A stretch of 64,000 nt of DNA from Eledone cirrhosa. Its lineage: Eukaryota. Shown piece after piece: positions 27,401 to 40,936 of the stretch (its first letter is position 1; each line of letters begins with the position of its first letter). The notes under the pieces were generated by a model that did not search any database, was not told where the DNA came from, and saw only the letters and a program-made list of their open reading frames with translations. The stretch spans positions 35,650,001-35,714,000 of the forward strand of contig OZ024758.1 in assembly GCA_964016885.1 (NCBI GenBank), in the 5' to 3' direction. A program made the translations under genes and the position numbers.

Positions 27401-29350
27401 TCATTTAAGTTCATGGTACTAGCTGTCAGAAGTAACTCCAATGTTGGTGAGAATTCATTTAAGTTCATGGTATTAGCTGTCAGAAGGAACTCCACTGTTG
27501 GTGAGAATTCATTTAAGTTCATGGTATTAGCTGTCAGAAGTAACTCCACTGTTGGTGAGAATTCATTTAAGTTCATGGTATTAGCTGTCAGAAGTCACTC
27601 CAATGTTGGTGAGAATTCATTTAAGTTCATGGTATTAGCTGTCAGAAGTCACTCCACTATTGGTGAGAATTCATTTAAGTTCATGGTACTAGCTGTCCGA
27701 AGTAACCCCAATGTTGGTGAGAATTCGTTTAAGTTCATGGTATTAGCTGTCAGAAGTCACTCCAATGTTGGTGAGAATTCATTTAAGTTCATGGTATTAG
27801 CTGTCAGAAGTAACTCCACTGTTGGTGAGAATTCATTTAAGTTCATGGTATTAGCTGTCAGAAGTAACTCCACTGTTGGTGAGAATTCATTTAAGTTCAT
27901 GGTATTAGCTGTCAGAAGGAACTCCACTGTTGGTGAGAATTCATTTAAGTTCATGGTACTAGCTGTCAGAAGTAACTCCACTGTTGGTGAGAATTCATTT
28001 AAGTTCATGGTATTAGTTTGTCAGAAGTAACTCCACTGTTGGTGAGAATTCATTTAAGTCATGGTATTAGTTGTCAGAAGTAACTCCAATTTTGGTGAGA
28101 ATTCATTTAAGCCATGGTACTAGCTGTCAGAAGTAACTCCAATGTTGGTGAGAATTCATTTAAGTTCATGGTATTAGCTGTCAGAACGAACTCCACTGTT
28201 GGTGAGAATTCATTTAAGTTCATGGTATTAGCTGTCAGAAGTAACTCCACTGTTGGTGAGAATTCATTTAAGTTCAGGGTACTAGCTGTCAGAAGTAACT
28301 CCAATGTTGGTGAGAATTCATTTAAGTTCATGGTATTAGCTGTCAGAAGGAACTCCACTGTTGGTGAGAATTCATTTAAGTCATGGTACTAGCTGTCAGA
28401 AGTAACTCCACTGTTGGTGAGAATTCATTTAAGTTCATGGTATTAGCTGACTGAAGGAACGCCACTGTTGGTGAGAATTCATTTAAGTTCATGGTATTAG
28501 CTGTCAGAAGTAACTCCACTGTTGGTGAGAATTCATTTAAGTTCATGGTACTAGCTGTCAGAAGTAACTCCAATGTTGGTGAGAATTCATTTAAGTTCAT
28601 GGTATTAGCTGTCAGAAGGAACTCCACTGTTGCTGAGAATTCATTTAAGTACATGGTATTAGCTGTCAGAAGTAACTCCACTGTTGGTGAGAATTCATTT
28701 AAGTTCATGGTACTAGCTGTCAGAAGTAACTCCACTGTTGGTGAGAATTCATTGAAGTTCATGGTATTAGCTGTCAGAAGTCACTCCAATGTTGGTGAGA
28801 ATTCATTTAAGTTCATGGTATTAGCTGTCAGAAGTCACTCCACTGTTGGTGAGAATTCATTTAAGTTCATGGTACTAGCTGTCCGAAGTAACCCCAATGT
28901 TGGTGAGAATTCATTTAAGTTCATGGTATTAGCTGTCAGAAGTCACTCCAATGTTGGTGAGAATTCATTTAAGTTCATGGTATTAGCTGTCAGAAGTAAC
29001 TCCACTGTTGGTGAGAATTCATTTAAGTTCATGGTATTAGCTGTCAGAAGTAACTCCCCTGTTGGTGAGAATTCATTTAAGTTCATGGTATTAGCTGTCA
29101 GAAGGAACTCCACTGTTGGTGAGAATTCATTTAAGTTCATGGTACTAGCTGTCAGAAGTAACTCCACTGTTGGTGAGAATTCATTTAAGTTCATGGTATT
29201 AGTTTGTCAGAAGTAACTCCACTGTTGGTGAGAATTCATTTAAGTCATGGTATTAGTTGTCAGAAGTAACTCCAATGTTGGTGAGAATTCATTTAAGCCA
29301 TGGTACCAGCTGTCAGAAGTAACTCCAATGTTGGTGAGAATTCATTTAAG
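24448..29350. repeat. Tandem duplication, period 2534 bp (47 monomers); first copy has a 162-bp internal deletion
   Basis: Offsets 25580/28114, 25957/28491 and 26766/29300 equal 2534, while 24879/27251 equals 2372 (2534-162). Shared rare markers are tcaaatg, ccactattgg, gaattcgttt, ccaatttt, gctgactga and tcccctg. Confidence 0.82.
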
Positions 29351-32300
29351 TTCATGGTATTAGCTGTCAGAAGGAACTCCACTGTTGGTGAGAATTCATT
29401 TAAGTTCATGGTATTAGCTGTCAGAAGTAACTCCACTGTTGGTGAGAATTCATTTAAGTTCATGGTACTAGCTGTCAGAAGTAACTCCAATGTTGGTGAG
29501 AATTCATTTAAGTTCATGGTATTAGCTGTCAGAAGTAACTCCACTGTTGGTGAGAGTTCATTTAAGTCATGGTATTAGCTGTCAGAAGTAACTCCAATGT
29601 TGGTGAGAATTCATTTAAGTTCATGGTATTAGCTGTCAGAAGTAACTCCACTGTTGGTGAGAATTCATTTAAGTTCATGGTGTTAGCTGTCAGAAGGAAC
29701 GCCACTGTTGGTGAGAATTCATTTAAGTTCATGGTATTAGCTGTCAGAAGTAACTCCACTGTTGGTGAGAATTCATTTAAGTTCATGGTACTAGCTGTCA
29801 GAAGTAACTCCAATGTTGGTGAGAATTCATTTAAGTTCATGGTATTAGCTGTCAGAAGGAACTCCACTGTTGGTGAGAATTCATTTAAGTTCATGGTATT
29901 AGCTGTCAGAAGTAACTCCACTGTTGGTGAGAATTCATTTAAGTTCATGGTATTAGCTGTCAGAAGTCACTCCAATGTTGGTGAGAATTCATTTAAGTTC
30001 ATGGTATTAGCTGTCAGAAGTCACTCCACTGTTGGTGAGAATTCATTTAAGTTCATGGTACTAGCTGTCCGAAGTAACCCCAATGTTGGTGAGAATTCAT
30101 TTAAGTTCATGGTATTAGCTGTCAGAAGTAACTCCACTGTTGGTGAGAATTCATTTAAGTTCATGGTATTAGCTGTCAGAAGGAACTCCACTGTTGCTGA
30201 GAATTCATTTAAGTACATGGTATTAGCTGTCAGAAGTAACTCCACTGTTGGTGAGAATTCATTTAAGTTCATGGTACTAGCTGTCAGAAGTAACTCCACT
30301 GTTGGTGAGAATTCATTTAAGTTCATGGTATTAGCTGTCAGAAGTCACTCCAATGTTGGTGAGAATTCATTTAAGTTCATGGTATTAGCTGTCAGAAGTC
30401 ACTCCACTGTTGGTGAGAATTCATTTAAGTTCATGGTACTAGCTGTCCGAAGTAACCCCAATGTTGGTGAGAATTCATTTAAGTTCATGGTATTAGCTGT
30501 CAGAAGTCACTCCAATGTTGGTGAGAATTCATTTAAGTTCATGGTATTAGCTGTCAGAAGTAACTCCACTGTTGGTGAGAATTCATTTAAGTTCATGGTA
30601 TTAGCTGTCAGAAGTAACTCCCCTGTTGGTGAGAATTCATTTAAGTTCATGGTATTAGCTGTCAGAAGGAACTCCACTGTTGGTGAGAATTCATTTAAGT
30701 TCATGGTACTAGCTGTCAGAAGTAACTCCACTGTTGGTGAGAATTCATTTAAGTTCATGGTATTAGTTTGTCAGAAGTAACTCCACTGTTGGTGAGAATT
30801 CATTTAAGTCATGGTATTAGTTGTCAGAAGTAACTCCAATGTTGGTGAGAATTCATTTAAGCCATGGTACCAGCTGTCAGAAGTAACTCCAATGTTGGTG
30901 AGAATTCATTTAAGTTCATGGTATTAGCTGTCAGAAGTAACTCAAATGTTGGTGAGAATTCATTTAAGTTCATGGTATTAGCTGTCAGAAGTAACTCCAC
31001 TGTTGGTGAGAATTCATTTAAGTTCATGGTATTAGCTGTCAGAAGTAACTCCACTGTTGGTGAGAATTCATTTAAGTTCATGGTACTAGCTGTCAGAAGT
31101 AACTCCACTGTTGGTGAGAATTCATTTAAGTTCATGGTATTAGTTTGTCAGAAGTAACTCCACTGTTGGTGAGAATTCATTTAAGTCATGGTATTAGTTG
31201 TCAGAAGTAACTCCAATGTTGGTGAGAATTCATTTAAGTTCATGGTATTAGCTGTCAGAAGGAACTCCACTGTTGGTGAGAATTCATTTAAGTTCATGGT
31301 ATTAGCTGTCAGAAGGAACTCCAATGTTGGTGAGAATTCATTTAAGTCATGGTACTAGCTGTCAGAAGTAACTCCACTGTTGGTGAGAATTCATTTAAGT
31401 TCATGGTATTAGCTGTCAGAAGGAACGCCACTGTTGGTGAGAATTCATTTAAGTTCATGGTATTAGCTGTCAGAAGTAACTCCACTGTTGGTGAGAATTC
31501 ATTTAAGTTCATGGTACTAGCTGTCAGAAGTAACTCCAATGTTGGTGAGAATTCATTTAAGTTCATGGTATTAGCTGTCAGAAGGAACTCCACTGTTGGT
31601 GAGAATTCATTTAAGTTCATGGTATTAGCTGTCAGAAGTAACTCCACTGTTGGTGAGAATTCATTTAAGTTCATGGTATTAGCTGTCAGAAGTCACTCCA
31701 ATGTTGGTGAGAATTCATTTAAGTTCATGGTATTAGCTGTCAGAAGTCACTCCACTATTGGTGAGAATTCATTTAAGTTCATGGTACTAGCTGTCCGAAG
31801 TAACCCCAATGTTGGTGAGAATTCGTTTAAGTTCATGGTATTAGCTGTCAGAAGTCACTCCAATGTTGGTGAGAATTCATTTAAGTTCATGGTATTAGCT
31901 GTCAGAAGTAACTCCACTGTTGGTGAGAATTCATTTAAGTTCATGGTATTAGCTGTCAGAAGTAACTCCACTGTTGGTGAGAATTCATTTAAGTTCATGG
32001 TATTAGCTGTCAGAAGGAACTCCACTGTTGGTGAGAATTCATTTAAGTTCATGGTACTAGCTGTCAGAAGTAACTCCACTGTTGGTGAGAATTCATTTAA
32101 GTTCATGGTATTAGTTTGTCAGAAGTAACTCCACTGTTGGTGAGAATTCATTTAAGTCATGGTATTAGTTGTCAGAAGTAACTCCAATTTTGGTGAGAAT
32201 TCATTTAAGCCATGGTACTAGCTGTCAGAAGTAACTCCAATGTTGGTGAGAATTCATTTAAGTTCATGGTATTAGCTGTCAGAACGAACTCCACTGTTGG

Positions 32301-34640
32301 TGAGAATTCATTTAAGTTCATGGTATTAGCTGTCAGAAGTAACTCCACTGTTGGTGAGAATTCATTTAAGTTCAGGGTACTAGCTGTCAGAAGTAACTCC
32401 AATGTTGGTGAGAATTCATTTAAGTTCATGGTATTAGCTGTCAGAAGGAACTCCACTGTTGGTGAGAATTCATTTAAGTCATGGTACTAGCTGTCAGAAG
32501 TAACTCCACTGTTGGTGAGAATTCATTTAAGTTCATGGTATTAGCTGACTGAAGGAACGCCACTGTTGGTGAGAATTCATTTAAGTTCATGGTATTAGCT
32601 GTCAGAAGTAACTCCACTGTTGGTGAGAATTCATTTAAGTTCATGGTACTAGCTGTCAGAAGTAACTCCAATGTTGGTGAGAATTCATTTAAGTTCATGG
32701 TATTAGCTGTCAGAAGGAACTCCACTGTTGCTGAGAATTCATTTAAGTACATGGTATTAGCTGTCAGAAGTAACTCCACTGTTGGTGAGAATTCATTTAA
32801 GTTCATGGTACTAGCTGTCAGAAGTAACTCCACTGTTGGTGAGAATTCATTGAAGTTCATGGTATTAGCTGTCAGAAGTCACTCCAATGTTGGTGAGAAT
32901 TCATTTAAGTTCATGGTATTAGCTGTCAGAAGTCACTCCACTGTTGGTGAGAATTCATTTAAGTTCATGGTACTAGCTGTCCGAAGTAACCCCAATGTTG
33001 GTGAGAATTCATTTAAGTTCATGGTATTAGCTGTCAGAAGTCACTCCAATGTTGGTGAGAATTCATTTAAGTTCATGGTATTAGCTGTCAGAAGTAACTC
33101 CACTGTTGGTGAGAATTCATTTAAGTTCATGGTATTAGCTGTCAGAAGTAACTCCCCTGTTGGTGAGAATTCATTTAAGTTCATGGTATTAGCTGTCAGA
33201 AGGAACTCCACTGTTGGTGAGAATTCATTTAAGTTCATGGTACTAGCTGTCAGAAGTAACTCCACTGTTGGTGAGAATTCATTTAAGTTCATGGTATTAG
33301 TTTGTCAGAAGTAACTCCACTGTTGGTGAGAATTCATTTAAGTCATGGTATTAGTTGTCAGAAGTAACTCCAATGTTGGTGAGAATTCATTTAAGCCATG
33401 GTACCAGCTGTCAGAAGTAACTCCAATGTTGGTGAGAATTCATTTAAGTTCATGGTATTAGCTGTCAGAAGGAACTCCACTGTTGGTGAGAATTCATTTA
33501 AGTTCATGGTATTAGCTGTCAGAAGTAACTCCACTGTTGGTGAGAATTCATTTAAGTTCATGGTACTAGCTGTCAGAAGTAACTCCAATGTTGGTGAGAA
33601 TTCATTTAAGTTCATGGTATTAGCTGTCAGAAGTAACTCCACTGTTGGTGAGAGTTCATTTAAGTCATGGTATTAGCTGTCAGAAGTAACTCCAATGTTG
33701 GTGAGAATTCATTTAAGTTCATGGTATTAGCTGTCAGAAGTAACTCCACTGTTGGTGAGAATTTATTTAAGTTCATGGTATTAGCTGTCAGAAGTAACTC
33801 CACTGTTGGTGAGAATTCATTTAAGTTCATGGTACTAGCTGTCAGAAGTAACTCCACTGTTGGTGAGAATTCATTTAAGTTCATGGTATTAGTTTGTCAG
33901 AAGTAACTCCACTGTTGGTGAGAATTCATTTAAGTCATGGTATTAGTTGTCAGAAGTAACTCCAATGTTGGTGAGAATTCATTTAAGTTCATGGTATTAG
34001 CTGTCAGAAGGAACTCCACTGTTGGTGAGAATTCATTTAAGTTCATGGTATTAGCTGTCAGAAGGAACTCCAATGTTGGTGAGAATTCATTTAAGTCATG
34101 GTACTAGCTGTCAGAAGTAACTCCACTGTTGGTGAGAATTCATTTAAGTTCATGGTGTTAGCTGTCAGAAGGAACGCCACTGTTGGTGAGAATTCATTTA
34201 AGTTCATGGTATTAGCTGTCAGAAGTAACTCCACTGTTGGTGAGAATTCATTTAAGTTCATGGTACTAGCTGTCAGAAGTAACTCCAATGTTGGTGAGAA
34301 TTCATTTAAGTTCATGGTATTAGCTGTCAGAAGGAACTCCACTGTTGGTGAGAATTCATTTAAGTTCATGGTATTAGCTGTCAGAAGTAACTCCACTGTT
34401 GGTGAGAATTCATTTAAGTTCATGGTATTAGCTGTCAGAAGTCACTCCAATGTTGGTGAGAATTCATTTAAGTTCATGGTATTAGCTGTCAGAAGTCACT
34501 CCACTGTTGGTGAGAATTCATTTAAGTTCATGGTACTAGCTGTCCGAAGTAACCCCAATGTTGGTGAGAATTCATTTAAGTTCATGGTATTAGCTGTCAG
34601 AAGTAACTCCACTGTTGGTGAGAATTCATTTAAGTTCATG
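26070..34640. repeat. Tandem duplication, period 4098 bp (76 monomers); first copy lacks 377 bp (7 monomers)
   Basis: Offsets 26766/30864, 27251/31349, 28114/32212, 28491/32589, 29300/33398 and 29569/33667 equal 4098. The private SNP tcattgaag was seen only at ~28754 and ~32852. Confidence 0.88.
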
Positions 34641-37600
34641 GTATTAGCTGTCAGAAGGAACTCCACTGTTGGTGAGAATTCATTTAAGTTATGGTATTAG
34701 TTGTCAGAAGTAACTCCAATGTTGGTGAGAATTCATTTAAGCCATGGTACTAGCTGTCAGAAGTAACTCCAATGTTGGTGAGAATTCATTTAAGTTCATG
34801 GTATTAGCTGTCAGAACGAACTCCACTGTTGGTGAGAATTCATTTAAGTTCATGGTATTAGCTGTCAGAAGTAACTCCACTGTTGGTGAGAATTCATTTA
34901 AGTTCAGGGTACTAGCTGTCAGAAGTAACTCCAATGTTGGTGAGAATTCATTTAAGTTCATGGTATTAGCTGTCAGAAGGAACTCCACTGTTGGTGATAA
35001 TTCATTTAAGTTCATGGTATTAGCTGTCAGAAGTAACTCCACTGTTGGTGAGAATTCATTTAAGTCATGGTACTAGCTGTCAGAAGTAACTCCAATGTTG
35101 GTGAGAATTCATTTAAGTCATGGTACTAGCTGTCAGAAGTAACTCCAATGTTGGTGAGAATTCATTTAAGTTCATGGTATTAGCTGTCAGAAGGAACTCC
35201 ACTGTTGGTGAGAATTCATTTAAGTTCATGGTATTAGCTGTCAGAAGTAACTCCACTGTTGGTGAGAATTCATTTAAGTTCATGGTATTAGCTGTCAGAA
35301 GTAACTCCACTGTTGGTGAGAATTCATTTAAGTTCATGGTATTAGCTGTCAGAAGTAACTCCACTGTTGGTGAGAATTCATTTAAGTTTATGGTACTAGC
35401 TGTAAGAAGTAACTCCACTGTTGGTGAGAGTTCATTTAAGTCATGGTATTAGCTATCAGAAGTAACTCCAATGTTGGTGAGAATTCATTTAAGTTCATGG
35501 TATTAGCTGTCAGAAGTAACTCCACTGTTGGTGAGAATTCATTTAAGTTCATGGTATTAGCTGTCAGAAGTAACTCCACTGTTGGTGAGAATTCATTTAA
35601 GTTCATGGTACTAGCTGTCAGAAGTAACTCCACTGTTGGTGAGAATTCATTTAAGTTCATGGTATTAGTTTGTCAGAAGTAACTCCACTGTTGGTGAGAA
35701 TTCATTTAAGTCATGGTATTAGTTGTCAGAAGTAACTCCAATGTTGGTGAGAATTCATTTAAGTTCATGGTATTAGCTGTCAGAAGGAACTCCACTGTTG
35801 GTGAGAATTCATTTAAGTTCATGGTATTAGCTGTCAGAAGGAACTCCAATGTTGGTGAGAATTCATTTAAGTCATGGTACTAGCTGTCAGAAGTAACTCC
35901 ACTGTTGGTGAGAATTCATTTAAGTTCATGGTATTAGCTGTCAGAAGGAACGCCACTGTTGGTGAGAATTCATTTAAGTTCATGGTATTAGCTGTCAGAA
36001 GTAACTCCACTGTTGGTGAGAATTCATTTAAGTTCATGGTACTAGCTGTCAGAAGTAACTCCAATGTTGGTGAGAATTCATTTAAGTTCATGGTATTAGC
36101 TGTCAGAAGGAACTCCACTGTTGGTGAGAATTCATTTAAGTTCATGGTATTAGCTGTCAGAAGTAACTCCACTGTTGGTGAGAATTCATTTAAGTTCATG
36201 GTATTAGCTGTCAGAAGTCACTCCAATGTTGGTGAGAATTCATTTAAGTTCATGGTATTAGCTGTCAGAAGTCACTCCACTGTTGGTGAGAATTCATTTA
36301 AGTTCATGGTACTAGCTGTCCGAAGTAACCCCAATGTTGGTGAGAATTCATTTAAGTTCATGGTATTAGCTGTCAGAAGTCACTCCAATGTTGGTGAGAA
36401 TTCATTTAAGTTCATGGTATTAGCTGTCAGAAGTAACTCCACTGTTGGTGAGAATTCATTTAAGTTCATGGTATTAGCTGTCAGAAGTAACTCCACTGTT
36501 GGTGAGAATTCATTTAAGTTCATGGTATTAGCTGTCAGAAGGAACTCCACTGTTGGTGAGAATTCATTTAAGTTCATGGTACTAGCTGTCAGAAGTAACT
36601 CCACTGTTGGTGAGAATTCATTTAAGTTCATGGTACTAGCTGTCAGAAGTAACTCCAATGTTGGTGAGAATTCATTTAAGTTCATGGTATTAGCTGTCAG
36701 AAGTAACTCCACTGTTGGTGAGAGTTCATTTAAGTCATGGTATTAGCTGTCAGAAGTAACTCCAATGTTGGTGAGAATTCATTTAAGTTCATGGTATTAG
36801 CTATCAGAAGGAACGCCACTGTTGGTGAGAATTCATTTAAGTTCATGGTATTAGCTGTCAGAAGTAACTCCACTGTTGGTGAGAATTCATTTAAGTTCAT
36901 GGTACTAGCTGTCAGAAGTAACTCCAATGTTGGTGAGAATTCATTTAAGTTCATGGTATTAGCTGTCAGAAGAAACTCCACTGTTGGTGAGAATTCATTT
37001 AAGTTCATGGTATTAGCTGTCAGAAGTAACTCCACTGTTGGTGAGAATTCATTTAAGTCATGGTATTAGCTGTCAGAAGTAACTCCATTGTTGGTGAGAA
37101 TTCATTTAAGTCATGGTACTAGCTGTCAGAAGTAACTCCAATGTTGGTGAGAATTCATTTAAGTCATGGTACTAGCTGTCAGAAGTAACTCCAATGTTGG
37201 TGAGAATTCATTTAAGTTCATGGTATTAGCTGTCAGAAGGAACTCCACTGTTGGTGAGAATTCATTTAAGTTCATGGTATTAGCTGTCAGAAGTAACTCC
37301 ACTGTTGGTGAGAATTCATTTAAGTTCATGGTATTAGCTGTCAGAAGTAACTCCACTGTTGGTGAGAATTCATTTAAGTTCATGGTACTAGCTGTCAGAA
37401 GTAACTCCAATGTTGGTGAGAATTCATTTAAGTTCATGGTATTAGCTGTCAGAAGTAACTCCACTGTTGGTGAGAATTCATTTAAGTCATGGTATTAGCT
37501 GTCAGAAGTAACTCCAATGTTGGTGAGAATTCATTTAAGTTCATGGTACTAGCTGTCAGAAGTAACTCCAATGTTGGTGAGAATTCATTTAAGTTCATGG

Positions 37601-39480
37601 TATTAGCTGTCAGAAGGAACTCCACTGTTGCTGAAAATTCATTTAAGTTCATGGTATTAGCTGTCAGAAGTAACTCCACTGTTGGTGAGAATTCATTTAA
37701 GTTCATGGTACTAGCTGTCAGAAGTAACTCCACTGTTGGTGAGAATTCATTTAAGTTCATGGTATTAGCTATCAGAAGTCACTCCAATGTTGGTGAGAAT
37801 TCATTTAAGTTCATGGTATTAGCTGTCAGAAGTCACTCCACTGTTGGTGAGAATTCATTTAAGTTCATGGTACTAGCTGTCCGAAGTAACCCCAATGTTG
37901 GTGAGAATTCATTTAAGTTCATGGTATTAGCTGTCAGAAGTCACTCCAATGTTGGTGAGAATTCATTTAAGTTCATGGTATTAGCTGTCAGAAGTAACTC
38001 CACTGTTGGTGAGAATTCATTTAAGTTCATGGTATTAGCTGTCAGAAGTAACTCCACTGTTGGTGAGAATTCATTTAAGTTCATGGTATTAGCTGTCAGA
38101 AGGAACTCCACTGTTGGTGAGAATTCATTTAAGTTCATGGTACTAGCTGTCAGAAGTAACTCCACTGTTGGTGAGAATTCATTTAAGTTCATGGTATTAG
38201 TTTGTCAGAAGTAACTCCACTGTTGGTGAGAATTCATTTAAGTCATGGTATTAGTTGTCAGAAGTAACTCCAATGTTGGTGAGAATTCATTTAAGCCATG
38301 GTACTAGCTGTAAGAAGTAACTCCAATGTTGGTGAGAATTCATTTAAGTTCATGGTATTAGCTGTCAGAAGGAACTCCACTGTTGGTGAGAATTCATTTA
38401 AGTTCATGGTATTAGCTGTCAGAAGTAACTCCACTGTTGGTGAGAATTCATTTAAGTTCATGGTACTAGCTGTCAGAAGTAACTCCAATGTTGGTGAGAA
38501 TTCATTTAAGTTCATGGTATTAGCTGTCAGAAGTAACTCCACTGTTGGTGAGAGTTCATTTAAGTCATGGTATTAGCTGTCAGAAGTAACTCAAATGTTG
38601 GTGAGAATTCATTTAAGTTCATGGTATTAGCTGTCAGAAGTAACTCCACTGTTGGTGAGAATTCATTTAAGTTCATGGTATTAGCTGTCAGAAGTAACTC
38701 CACTGTTGGTGAGAATTCATTTAAGTTCATGGTACTAGCTGTCAGAAGTAACTCCACTGTTGGTGAGAATTCATTTAAGTTCATGGTATTAGTTTGTCAG
38801 AAGTAACTCCACTGTTGGTGAGAATTCATTTAAGTCATGGTATTAGTTGTCAGAAGTAACTCCAATGTTGGTGAGAATTCATTTAAGTTCATGGTATTAG
38901 CTGTCAGAAGGAACTCCACTGTTGGTGAGAATTCATTTAAGTTCATGGTATTAGCTGTCAGAAGGAACTCCAATGTTGGTGAGAATTCATTTAAGTCATG
39001 GTACTAGCTGTCAGAAGTAACTCCACTGTTGGTGAGAATTCATTTAAGTTCATGGTATTAGCTGTCAGAAGGAACGCCACTGTTGGTGAGAATTCATTTA
39101 AGTTCATGGTATTAGCTGTCAGAAGTAACTCCACTGTTGGTGAGAATTCATTTAAGTTCATGGTACTAGCTGTCAGAAGTAACTCCAATGTTGGTGAGAA
39201 TTCATTTAAGTTCATGGTATTAGCTGTCAGAAGGAACTCCACTGTTGGTGAGAATTCATTTAAGTTCATGGTATTAGCTGTCAGAAGTAACTCCACTGTT
39301 GGTGAGAATTCATTTAAGTTCATGGTATTAGCTGTCAGAAGTCACTCCAATGTTGGTGAGAATTCATTTAAGTTCATGGTATTAGCTGTCAGAAGTCACT
39401 CCACTATTGGTGAGAATTCATTTAAGTTCATGGTACTAGCTGTCCGAAGTAACCCCAATGTTGGTGAGAATTCATTTAAG
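33398..39480. repeat. ~6-kb dispersed copy of 19279-25360 (offset 14119 bp)
   Basis: Constant offset of 14119 for 13 consecutive variant blocks (19279/33398, 19548/33667, 19979/34098 ... 24448/38567, 24879/38998). Confidence 0.85.
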
Positions 39481-40936
39481 TTCATGGTATTAGCTGTCAG
39501 AAGTCACTCCAATGTTGGTGAGAATTCATTTAAGTTCATGGTATTAGCTGTCAGAAGTAACTCCACTGTTGGTGAGAATTCATTTAAGTTCATGGTATTA
39601 GCTGTCAGAAGTAACTCCACTGTTGGTGAGAATTCATTTAAGTTCATGGTATTAGCTGTCAGAAGGAACTCCACTGTTGGTGAGAATTCATTTAAGTTCA
39701 TGGTACTAGCTGTCAGAAGTAACTCCACTGTTGGTGAGAATTCATTTAAGTTCATGGTATTAGTTTGTCAGAAGTAACTCCACTGTTGGTGAGAATTCAT
39801 TTAAGTCATGGTATTAGTTGTCAGAAGTAACTCCAATTTTGGTGAGAATTCATTTAAGCCATGGTACTAGCTGTCAGAAGTAACTCCAATGTTGGTGAGA
39901 ATTCATTTAAGTTCATGGTATTAGCTGTCAGAACGAACTCCACTGTTGGTGAGAATTCATTTAAGTTCATGGTATTAGCTGTCAGAAGTAACTCCACTGT
40001 TGGTGAGAATTCATTTAAGTTCAGCGTACTAGCTGTCAGAAGTAACTCCAATGTTGGTGAGAATTCATTTAAGTTCATGGTATTAGCTGTCAGAAGGAAC
40101 TCCACTGTTGGTGAGAATTCATTTAAGTTCATGGTATTAGCTGTCAGAAGTAACTCCACTGTTGGTGAGAATTCATTTAAGTCATGTTATTAGCTGTCAG
40201 AAGTAACTCCATTGTTGGTGAGAATTCATTTAAGTCATGGTACTAGCTGTCAGAAGTAACTCCAATGTTGGTGAGAATTCATTTAAGTCATGGTACTAGC
40301 TGTCAGAAGTAACTCCAATGTTGGTGAGAATTCATTTAAGTTCATGGTATTAGCTGTCAGAAGGAACTCCACTGTTGGTGAGAATTCATTTAAGTTCATG
40401 GTATTAGCTGTCAGAAGTAACTCCACTGTTGGTGAGAATTCATTTAAGTTCATGGTATTAGCTGTCAGAAGTAACTCCACTGTTGGTGAGAATTCATTTA
40501 AGTTCATGGTATTAGCTGTCAGAAGTAACTCCACTGTTGGTGAGAATTCATTTAAGTTTATGGTACTAGCTGTAAGAAGTAACTCCACTGTTGGTGAGAG
40601 TTCATTTAAGTCATGGTATTAGCTGTCAGAAGTAACTCCAATGTTGGTGAGAATTCATTTAAGTTCATGGTATTAGCTGTCAGAAGTAACTCCACTGTTG
40701 GTGAGAATTCATTTAAGTTCATGGTATTAGCTGTCAGAAGTAACTCCACTGTTGGTGAGAATTCATTTAAGTTCATGGTACTAGCTGTCAGAAGTAACTC
40801 CACTGTTGGTGAGAATTCATTTAAGTTCATGGTATTAGTTTGTCAGAAGTAACTCCACTGTTGGTGAGAATTCATTTAAGTCATGGTATTAGTTGTCAGA
40901 AGTAACTCCAATGTTGGTGAGAATTCATTTAAGTTC

